Shown here piece by piece: positions 57,015-64,000 of a stretch of 64,000 bases of DNA (positions within the stretch are counted from its first letter, which is position 1; each line of letters opens with the position of its first letter). Location of the stretch: the NCBI GenBank assembly GCA_963662655.2, contig CAXXTU010000002.1:3360001-3424000 (forward strand), written 5' to 3'. Below the pieces are notes generated by a model. It ran no database searches. It saw only the letters and a program-made list of their open reading frames with translations, and was not told the origin of the DNA. Origin of the DNA: Candidatus Cloacimonadales bacterium. Lineage in GTDB: Bacteria > Cloacimonadota > Cloacimonadia > Cloacimonadales > JAIOQZ01. The position numbers were made by a program, and so were the translations under genes.

Positions 57015-57655
57015 CAACAATCATGGATTACCCACCTGTCGATTGCAGAACTTGTATTCATCATCCACGTAATAGAGATAATCAGCCATGCACAAGCTAC
57101 AAGGAAGAACCGGCACGATGTTTTTCATACACTGCTGGTCATGAAATTCTTGAGACTTGCAATGGTTATCCGGCTGATACTCAGCTTCACACATGGGCTC
57201 ACAACGCAATCCGAACCGAGAACCGGCTTAATGCAATAGCAAAAGGATGTATCCCGAAGACACAAATCATGCTGTCAATTCATCCAAAATACTGGGATAT
57301 GATGGTGAGAAGGGAAAAACTTTACGAATTCCGCAGGACAATCCCCAAGGAGGCTTTGCAGTATGGATTAACCGCAATCTCATTCTATGTTACCAGCCCC
57401 GTGAGAATGGTCGTCGGTTATAGCACGTGGTTCATAGCGATCCTACAGTATCAACCGGAAGAGTTGTGTGAAATCACGAAGTATCACGCAGGAATATCCA
57501 GAGATGAGTTCTTTAGATATTTTCGAGGTTGCGAAACCGCGTATGCTTACAAAACTTATCCAATCAAGTTTACTGATCCACAACCACTACCATTCAAGGG
57601 CGTAAAAACACCGCCACAATCGTGGTGCTATATGAAGGAGGAATCTAATGAATGA
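57011..57655 (+). CDS. ASCH/PUA-like domain protein with Cys-rich N-terminus
   Basis: MLSIHPKY......K.YEFRR, YVTSP, PPQSWCY. Confidence 0.75.
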   Translation: MTTIMDYPPVDCRTCIHHPRNRDNQPCTSYKEEPARCFSYTAGHEILETCNGYPADTQLHTWAHNAIRTENRLNAIAKGCIPKTQIMLSIHPKYWDMMVRREKLYEFRRTIPKEALQYGLTAISFYVTSPVRMVVGYSTWFIAILQYQPEELCEITKYHAGISRDEFFRYFRGCETAYAYKTYPIKFTDPQPLPFKGVKTPPQSWCYMKEESNE

Positions 57656-58007
57656 GAACATTCAAGAACAGCCAATGTTGATTAAAGGAACTCCCGCGTT
57701 AGCCGCTATGGGGTTTCTCGGACGCATGGCATCAGATATTCGTATCGGAGACAGTGTGAAGGAAATTGGATTTATTCAATTTCCTGAGAGGGACAACATG
57801 ACTTCAACATACGTAGCACCATCAAAAGATTTTTGGAGTAAATTCAGTGAACCCGTTGAAACAAAACCAATTCCAGTCAACTTCGATGATCCTGAAGACT
57901 ATGCAATGGATATTTCCTACGCCAAGAATCTCTTGGATAACCTTCTGTACGCAATCGAAGAAATGGAAGAACAAGGTAAAATAGAGTTTACAATGGAATT
58001 AAATTAA
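57648..58007 (+). CDS. Hypothetical protein
   Basis: RBS AAGGAGG; last gene of early operon. Confidence 0.6.
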   Translation: MNENIQEQPMLIKGTPALAAMGFLGRMASDIRIGDSVKEIGFIQFPERDNMTSTYVAPSKDFWSKFSEPVETKPIPVNFDDPEDYAMDISYAKNLLDNLLYAIEEMEEQGKIEFTMELN

Positions 58008-58084
58008 CTTGAGAATGGAGGAGACCCCAATGGACATGCAACGCTGAGGCCAGCATCAGGTATGAATTGGATAACTTATTACGC

Positions 58085-58109
58085 ACCCGCTCAGAAATGG
58101 GCGGGTTTT
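58085..58109 (+). terminator. Intrinsic terminator
   Basis: ACCCGCTCA-gaaa-TGGGCGGGT-TTT. Confidence 0.7.
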
Positions 58110-58196
58110 ATTGTGATTATTGCACGGAAAAGAGAATAAAGGAATCCTTATGATGACTTGAGCGCGTTAATGAGAATAATAAGGGTGAAATCATCT

Positions 58197-59279
58197 TTAA
58201 ATAGAGGGAAGTCTATCAACGGCAGCGTCTTTCTTCTCGTCGATGAGTTTCGCGTATATCTGCGTGGTGGACACGCTCTTGTGTCCTAGAAGCTTCGAGA
58301 CGGTGTAGATGTCGCTACCGGCGGTGATAAGGAGCGTTGCGAACGTATGCCTGGCACAATGAAAGGTGATCTTGCGTTCGATACCTGCATTTGCCAGCCA
58401 TTCACGCATGTATGTCGTCCTCATACTTCCAATCGGGACAATAAATGGTCTTGGTTGATCAGCCTTCAATTGTTCTGTGATGATATTCAACGCAACGGGG
58501 TGGAGTTTAATTCGTACACTTGTTTTCGTCTTTTTCTGTTGGATGTAAAGGTGGTCGCCGACAATGCTATCCGGCATGATTCGATTAATATCGCTAAAAC
58601 GCAATCCTGTATAGCAAGAGAAGAGAAAGGCTTGCTTTGTGTTGTGGTGCCTACAATAAGCATTTGATAGTGCTCTTACCTCGTCAATTGATAAGAATTC
58701 GCGTTTGTTCGTTGTAAATGCTATCCTGAAATGTTTTGCTGGATTTTCGAGAATGAGGCCGTCTCTAACGGCCTCATTGAGAACTGCTTTGAAGGACGCA
58801 AAATAGTGATGGGCCGTTATCGTAGAAAAACCACGATCGAGATCACATAGGTAATCCATAAACTTTTTACATAGCGAACGTGATACTGCGGAACACGATA
58901 TTTTGTTTGATCCAATAAAGCTAATGAAATTGCGCATGGCAATTCCATAATTGGGATCCGGCTTCTTTTCGACGACAGATTGATAATACTCAATGAAATC
59001 AACGGGCTTTAAATCGCCACCGCTTCTTATAAGGCTCATGTCAAGTTCCATGTTATCACGTATTTTAGCCGCAATTCTCAGGTTATTGAGATCAGATGCA
59101 GAAGTTCGGGAATCGAATGCAACATACACGTGCAGCGCTTTCCTGATCCGCTTTTTATTGTCTCCGTCCCAATAATCAACCATGAAGGCATACTTGTTAT
59201 TCAACTCCCTTACGCGGAGCTTGACCTTGTGTGCTCGATTGAGCTTTTCAATTTCCGATTCTAATTTCGTGTACTTCAT
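58197..59279 (-). CDS. int: Phage integrase (tyrosine recombinase, Bacteroidota-like type)
   Basis: FSCYTGLRFSD, QKKT, ITFHCARHTFAT, LLGH...TTQIYAK; adjacent to att and tRNA. Confidence 0.93.
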   Translation of the reverse strand: MKYTKLESEIEKLNRAHKVKLRVRELNNKYAFMVDYWDGDNKKRIRKALHVYVAFDSRTSASDLNNLRIAAKIRDNMELDMSLIRSGGDLKPVDFIEYYQSVVEKKPDPNYGIAMRNFISFIGSNKISCSAVSRSLCKKFMDYLCDLDRGFSTITAHHYFASFKAVLNEAVRDGLILENPAKHFRIAFTTNKREFLSIDEVRALSNAYCRHHNTKQAFLFSCYTGLRFSDINRIMPDSIVGDHLYIQQKKTKTSVRIKLHPVALNIITEQLKADQPRPFIVPIGSMRTTYMREWLANAGIERKITFHCARHTFATLLITAGSDIYTVSKLLGHKSVSTTQIYAKLIDEKKDAAVDRLPSI

Positions 59280-59416
59280 GTGACAATTATGTGACAAAAC
59301 GCGCAAAACCTTGCAAGAAAAATGTCAGAAAATGCAGAAAAACGTAAAAAGGAAATCATCGCAAGGAATGCAATCAATAAGCGTAATGTGATGTAAAGAA
59401 TAGAGATGTGTTATAT

Positions 59417-59469
59417 AAAGATGGCGCGCCTGCAGGAACTCGAATCCCGAACCCTCTGATCCGAAGTCA
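59417..59469. repeat. Right att site
   Basis: Identical to 17743-17795. Confidence 0.95.
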
Positions 59470-59498
59470 GATACTCTATCCAATTGAGCTACAGGCGC
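59422..59498 (-). tRNA. tRNA-Arg (anticodon TCG)
   Basis: GCGCCTGTAGCTCAATTGGATAGAGTATCTGACTTCGGATCAGAGGGTTCGGGATTCGAGTTCCTGCAGGCGCGCCA; cloverleaf with encoded CCA. Confidence 0.95.
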
Positions 59499-59548
59499 GT
59501 GAGGCACATATAACAGGCGAGGGTAAATGTGTCTACATTTTTCGCACG

Positions 59549-59584
59549 AAAAACCCCTTCACCGCGATAGCAGCGAAGGGGTTT
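59549..59584 (-). terminator. Intrinsic terminator
   Basis: AAACCCCTTC...GAAGGGGTTT. Confidence 0.6.
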
Positions 59585-59596
59585 ATCCTCCCTAAC

Positions 59597-60604
59597 CTAT
59601 TTCAGCAAAACTATTTTCTTCACAAGCGGCGACCTGCCTGAGGACAGCACCATCGTATAATATACGCCGCTCCCGACGTTGCGCCCATTGTCGTCCGTGC
59701 CATTCCAGACCAGCGATGTCTTTGCACCAGCCGGAACGCCTTTGTACAGACTCCGCACCTTTTGTCCGCGTACGTTGAACACGTCGACCGTTACCGGACT
59801 TCCCTGTGCGTCCTCGGGGATTTCAAACGAGATGTTCGTCTGTGGATTGAAGGGATTCGGGTAAACGCTTACACTCAGGTCCGAAGGTGGACTCACGGAT
59901 TCCTCTTCGCCCACCGGCAGGGTAATCTGCGCCTGAGAAGCCTGCATGATCTCCTTCGTCTGCCAGTTCTGAACAATGACAACACCGCGGAGATCGTCGA
60001 TGTCCCACTCCGCATCGATCTCGAACTCGTGCTGGAAATAATCGAGTTCACCACCGGAATGGAGCTCGAAACCCATGTCGTCTGACTTCAGAAGAACCAA
60101 GCCGTGGTAGTTAGTCAGATCGTTCCGGGTCAAAAGAAACGTGATCCTGTTGTCGGTCGGATCGATGTCCTGATATAGCTCGACCAGCGCATCGATGATG
60201 ACGGAATTGTCCCGTCCCCCGCCAAGAGTCATCGTCGCGACAACCTTCATCGGGGGTTCTTCGTCGACAAGCTGTGTGTAAAGATCGTAATATTCGTTAA
60301 TGACGTCGTATTCTCCGACATAAGACAAAACACCGCTCCATTCGGCAAGCGGATCCTCAGTGCCGCCATACCACTCGAATCGCTCCACGCCTCCGGGAGA
60401 TGTCTCATCGGTCATATTCCATATAACAGGTATGATATACGGATGTTCTTCAGAAAGTTGAATGAGCGCCGACCGCGCTACAGAGTAGTCACCGCCGCAT
60501 CCGGTACAGACAGTGGTGAAAACCTCGCCCACCACTTTGAGCTGTGCGGCATGCAGCAGCAACGCCGCCAGTAAGATTGGCAGCATCAAAATAAATTTCC
60601 TCAT
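59597..60604 (-). CDS. Secreted Omp28-like/thioredoxin-fold protein with C-terminal FlgD-Ig sorting domain
   Basis: Signal peptide; EVFTTVCTGC; VVIVQNWQTKEIMQA; YPNPFNP.T.I.F...FNVRGQKVR.L...WNGTD..G..VGSGVY. Confidence 0.75.
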   Translation of the reverse strand: MRKFILMLPILLAALLLHAAQLKVVGEVFTTVCTGCGGDYSVARSALIQLSEEHPYIIPVIWNMTDETSPGGVERFEWYGGTEDPLAEWSGVLSYVGEYDVINEYYDLYTQLVDEEPPMKVVATMTLGGGRDNSVIIDALVELYQDIDPTDNRITFLLTRNDLTNYHGLVLLKSDDMGFELHSGGELDYFQHEFEIDAEWDIDDLRGVVIVQNWQTKEIMQASQAQITLPVGEEESVSPPSDLSVSVYPNPFNPQTNISFEIPEDAQGSPVTVDVFNVRGQKVRSLYKGVPAGAKTSLVWNGTDDNGRNVGSGVYYTMVLSSGRSPLVKKIVLLK

Positions 60605-60669
60605 TGGATACTCCGATTCATTGTATTTACGTATTCTTTCAAGACAAAGTAGTAATTTATTTCACCATG

Positions 60670-61608
60670 TCAAACATTATCATCGTCTTCTTTCTCGTCG
60701 GGAAGAGTCTCCAGGAAATCGGTGGAACCGTACTTGGTCTTGATCAAGTGGAGAATCTTGTTGTGAATCAGCGAAAGAGATGATGAGAACGGCCCGATTT
60801 TCCGTGCGTGCTCGACAATGCGGTGCGCCTCGAGAAGGCGTTCGTGAGCGATGTATATATTGATGAGATCGAGGTACGTCGTGATATTGAATGGCTCTTT
60901 GCGGATGCTTCTCAGGAGGTATTCGATCGCCTGCTCGGATTTCCCGATCTTCTCGCTCGTTATGCCGTAAGCCCGATAGAAATTCGCTGACGAGTATTGA
61001 AGCTTGTCCGCGTCCTGGAACTCGACGAACGCTCTCAACCAGTTCTTCTGATAGGTGTTTGCGATTCCGCGCAGGAACGATATTTTCCCCGATTTACCGA
61101 AAATCTGTTCGGTCAGGTTCAGCCGTTCGATCGCCTTGTCGTACTCCTTCTGGGAAAGGTATTGCTCGATCAGGAAAAAGTAGGGCAGTTCCGAATCGGG
61201 ACGTATCTGTATGAGCTCTTCCAGAAGGACGATGCTTTCGGCAACGCGGTTCACGCGGGAAAGCGCGATCGCTTTGTTGTACTTGGCCTCCGGAAAGGGA
61301 TCGCCCATTTGGTCGTAATAATACAGCGCGATGTTCATTTCATTCATGGAGAGATAACAGTTGGCAATTTTAAACAGGAGGTTCGGCTCTTTACTGTCTT
61401 TCTCCAGTGCTTTCTGGTACATCTCGATGGCTTTCTTGTGGAGCTTTTTACCCGTGTAGATGTCTCCCATCTCGGTGAGCAGAAACGGATCGTTGTCGTG
61501 CAGTAGCAGCGATTCTTCCAATATACGAACCGCGTGAAGCCAGTTGCGCTTCCGCTCGAATTTGACCTGCCAGATTATATTTTGTATATCGTCCATATCA
61601 TCTTTCAT
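60670..61608 (-). CDS. Tetratricopeptide repeat protein
   Basis: Repeated TPR helices (GDIY...KAIEMYQKAL etc.). Confidence 0.8.
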   Translation of the reverse strand: MKDDMDDIQNIIWQVKFERKRNWLHAVRILEESLLLHDNDPFLLTEMGDIYTGKKLHKKAIEMYQKALEKDSKEPNLLFKIANCYLSMNEMNIALYYYDQMGDPFPEAKYNKAIALSRVNRVAESIVLLEELIQIRPDSELPYFFLIEQYLSQKEYDKAIERLNLTEQIFGKSGKISFLRGIANTYQKNWLRAFVEFQDADKLQYSSANFYRAYGITSEKIGKSEQAIEYLLRSIRKEPFNITTYLDLINIYIAHERLLEAHRIVEHARKIGPFSSSLSLIHNKILHLIKTKYGSTDFLETLPDEKEDDDNV

Positions 61609-62581
61609 CTTCGGATATCTGTAGCAAATCGGCAAGCAATGCAAGCACTGCCTCAGGATTCTCGCCCTGATTCACCATCTGCCTGACCTTAGCTCCACCC
61701 CGGTATCCCTTGGTGTAGTCGTGCAGGTGCGTCCGCATTTCCCGAATACCACGATGTGCCCCATAGTATTCGATCGCCATCAAGTAGTGGTTCCGAATGA
61801 TCCGAAACCTCTCTAGATACGATAAATCCATGTATGAGCCTGTCAAGAGAAAATCGGAAGTCTGCCGGAATATCCACGGATTCCCCAGCGCGCCCCTGCC
61901 GATCATGACCGAATCGCAGCCGGTTTCGCCCAGCATCCGCTTCGCGTCTTCGGGCGACCGAATATCTCCGTTGCCCACCACCGGTATCGATACGGCTTCC
62001 TTGACACGCGCAATGATCGACCACTCGCTTTGCCCCGAGTACATTTGCTTGCGGGTGCGAGGATGAACCGCGATCATATCCACTCCGGCGTCTTCCAGAA
62101 TCTTCGCCACCTCGACCGCGTTGATGCTATGGCTGTCCCAACCGCTGCGGATCTTGGCGCTCAACGGTATTCCGCTTCCGCTGAGGGCGCGTTTAATCGA
62201 TCGGATGATGTCGCCGGCCTTTTCGGGTTCCTTCATCAGGGCGGATCCCGCTCCGCGATTCACCACCTTCTTCACCGGACATCCCATGTTGACATCGATG
62301 AAATCCGGCTGACGCTTTTCTGCAATCAATGATGCCGCTCTACCCATTATATCGGCATCGGAGCCGAAAAGCTGAATTCCCACCGGCCTCTGCTCTTGCA
62401 GGAAGTCGGCGTACGGGATGCTGCGGGATTCCTCGAATATCAAGCCATCCGCGCTGACCATCTCCGTGACCATTACCTCCGCACCGCAGGCCTTGCAGAT
62501 GGTGCGAAAAGGCTGGTCCGTGAATCCGGCCAGCGGCGCAAGCCAGATTTTCCTGTCTGTGATGTTCGTAAGCATGCTCAT
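61598..62581 (-). CDS. dusB: tRNA-dihydrouridine synthase DusB
   Basis: LAPLAGFTD, TEMVS, QLFG, DVNMGCP, VHPRT, NGDI, MIGRGALGNPW. Confidence 0.9.
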   Translation of the reverse strand: MSMLTNITDRKIWLAPLAGFTDQPFRTICKACGAEVMVTEMVSADGLIFEESRSIPYADFLQEQRPVGIQLFGSDADIMGRAASLIAEKRQPDFIDVNMGCPVKKVVNRGAGSALMKEPEKAGDIIRSIKRALSGSGIPLSAKIRSGWDSHSINAVEVAKILEDAGVDMIAVHPRTRKQMYSGQSEWSIIARVKEAVSIPVVGNGDIRSPEDAKRMLGETGCDSVMIGRGALGNPWIFRQTSDFLLTGSYMDLSYLERFRIIRNHYLMAIEYYGAHRGIREMRTHLHDYTKGYRGGAKVRQMVNQGENPEAVLALLADLLQISEDER

Positions 62582-62595
62582 GATATGATGTTGTG

Positions 62596-63354
62596 TTATT
62601 TCGTCAACCGGTTGGTTATTCGCTGAATTTCGTAGATGAGGATCGCCGAAGACACGGCTGCATTGAGCGACTCCATCTTCGTCGTCATGGGGATTCTCAC
62701 GTTCCGGGATGCTAATCGCCGTACTTCCGGCGATATCCCGTGCGCCTCCGAGCCGATCACGAGGATGATCGGGCAGGCGAGATTGGAGATGGTGAATATA
62801 TCCTCGCCATCCATATCGGCCACGAGAATTTCCGTTGCGGATTCCTTCAACCACAAGGATTCGCGTATTTCGGAGGGCAGCGACATCGACGCGCCCAGGG
62901 ATGAGCGGATCACTTTGGGATTGGTTCGTTCGCAACATTCCGGCGAGAGGATAATGCCGTCCACTCCTGCTGCTGCCGCAGTGCGGAAGATGGTTCCCAG
63001 ATTGCCCGGATCGCTGACGTTATCCAGGAAGATCAGGAAATCTTTCTGCACGATCGGGATTTCCCTGATTGGGTACAGCGCTGCGATGCCTTGCGGAGCC
63101 TGGGTTTCGGAAATCCGTGAGAAGTCGCGATCCCTCAACTGGTAGCAACTATCGGCAGGCATCGAACGAATAATGCAATCGTAATCCGGCTTGGCTTCCG
63201 TGATGTAAAGCTGCTCCGGCTGAATGCCGTTATCGAGAAGTTGCCGGATGGTTCGTAAACCCTCGACGACGACTTTCCCGTTCTCGACGCGGTTCTTCTT
63301 GCGGTTCAAGCTCGCGAGCAATTTCAGGTGATTGAGAGCCAACCCTTGATTCAT
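62596..63354 (-). CDS. TrmH/SpoU-family RNA methyltransferase
   Basis: DPGNLGTIFRTA, GSEAHGIS, IPM...ESLNAAVS. Confidence 0.9.
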   Translation of the reverse strand: MNQGLALNHLKLLASLNRKKNRVENGKVVVEGLRTIRQLLDNGIQPEQLYITEAKPDYDCIIRSMPADSCYQLRDRDFSRISETQAPQGIAALYPIREIPIVQKDFLIFLDNVSDPGNLGTIFRTAAAAGVDGIILSPECCERTNPKVIRSSLGASMSLPSEIRESLWLKESATEILVADMDGEDIFTISNLACPIILVIGSEAHGISPEVRRLASRNVRIPMTTKMESLNAAVSSAILIYEIQRITNRLTK

Positions 63355-63362
63355 GCGCCCCG

Positions 63363-64000
63363 CTAATTCCCTTCCGTATGGTAGAGCGATTTGATTTTAT
63401 CGGCGTCGATGTTGTCGATCTGTTCGTCTTTGAGATATTCGTACGCGTAGTCGAGGTATAGCTTTGTATCGATGAAGAGATCAAGGATATCCTTGTCGAT
63501 TTCGCGATCTTTCGCCATGAAGCCCATGATTCTCAAGGTTTCGCTGAGCGTCTTGCCCTTCTTGTATGGTCTGTCGCAAGCGGTAAGGGCTTCATAGAGG
63601 TCGGCGATGGAGATGATCCGGGCCTGAAGTGGAAGGTTTGCTTCCTCGAGCTGGCATGGATAGCCTTTCCCGTTGAGCTTCTCATGATGCGAGGAGGCAT
63701 AGAGCGGAACATTCCGGTACTTCTTGGGGAAGGTGAGTTCCTTGAGCATCTCGCTGGTGACCTGGGCGTGGTCCCGCATGATGGAGAACTCGTCGGGCAT
63801 CAAGGTACCGCGACGTACGCAAAGGTTGTTCTTCTCGTTCTCGGTGATCAGGAAATAATGCTTTCCGCCCGAATCGTACTGGAATTTATAGATGTTTTCG
63901 ACGTGAACCAGGTCTTCGTCCTTCATGAATTCTCCACCGAAATTGATGTGATCCACAAATTCGAAATCCGCGCGTACTTGCTCGATCAGCTTTTCGAGCT
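63363..64000 (-). CDS. HD-GYP domain phosphodiesterase (C-terminal part; 5' end outside window)
   Basis: RGTL, HHEKLNGKGYP, ARIISIADLYEALTA.DRPYK. Confidence 0.88.
   Translation of the reverse strand, partial: LEKLIEQVRADFEFVDHINFGGEFMKDEDLVHVENIYKFQYDSGGKHYFLITENEKNNLCVRRGTLMPDEFSIMRDHAQVTSEMLKELTFPKKYRNVPLYASSHHEKLNGKGYPCQLEEANLPLQARIISIADLYEALTACDRPYKKGKTLSETLRIMGFMAKDREIDKDILDLFIDTKLYLDYAYEYLKDEQIDNIDADKIKSLYHTEGN

Larger units (their letters stand above)
17743..59469. mobile_element. Prophage (~41.7 kb) integrated in tRNA-Arg(TCG)
   Basis: 53-bp direct repeats at both ends; integrase next to the tRNA; terminase, portal, capsid, tape measure, lysozyme, repressor and primase-helicase genes inside. 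Confidence 0.95.

Noticed and set aside
17743..59469. Transposable (Mu-type) phage
   Set aside because: No MuA/MuB; the only DDE enzyme belongs to the IS3 element; the ends are tRNA att repeats
59325..59507. Short ORFs over the tRNA and att regions (also 17359..17829 and 17537..17824)
   Set aside because: They are translations of tRNA/att and palindromic DNA

Overview
This is a bacterial chromosome segment. A FlgD-Ig sorting-domain protein and anaerobic redox genes suggest an FCB-group anaerobe such as Cloacimonadota (inference). It has three parts. (1) 1-17.4 kb, host genes: a minus-strand phosphate/polyphosphate-type operon (CYTH-like, Ppx/GppA, TctC-TctB fusion, TctA, DUF47, PiT, OprO/P porin, lamin-tail and beta-propeller lipoproteins), an ABC-F ATPase, and a three-gene NuoE/NuoF/GltD-NuoG complex resembling Sporomusa-type Nfn (StnABC). 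(2) 17743-59469: a ~41.7 kb prophage integrated in tRNA-Arg(TCG) between perfect 53-bp att repeats. It has Mu-like head/neck genes and a non-contractile-type tail, but uses a tyrosine integrase and a primase-helicase and has no phage transposase. It carries three tyrosine recombinases, its own beta sliding clamp, ArdC, a Dam-family methylase, and an iteron origin interrupted by an IS3-family element. (3) 59.5-64 kb, host genes: Omp28-like/FlgD-Ig protein, TPR protein, DusB, TrmH-family methyltransferase and an HD-GYP protein. The most striking unexplained signal is an accessory array at 38.9-41.3 kb, where four genes are each bracketed by five copies of an ungapped, degenerate 24-bp repeat, like a cassette array. 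Also notable are a ferredoxin-type CxxCxxCxxxCP motif in the last tail-module protein and a displaced, frameshifting tail-chaperone gene. All product calls come from motif recognition by eye; no database searches were run.
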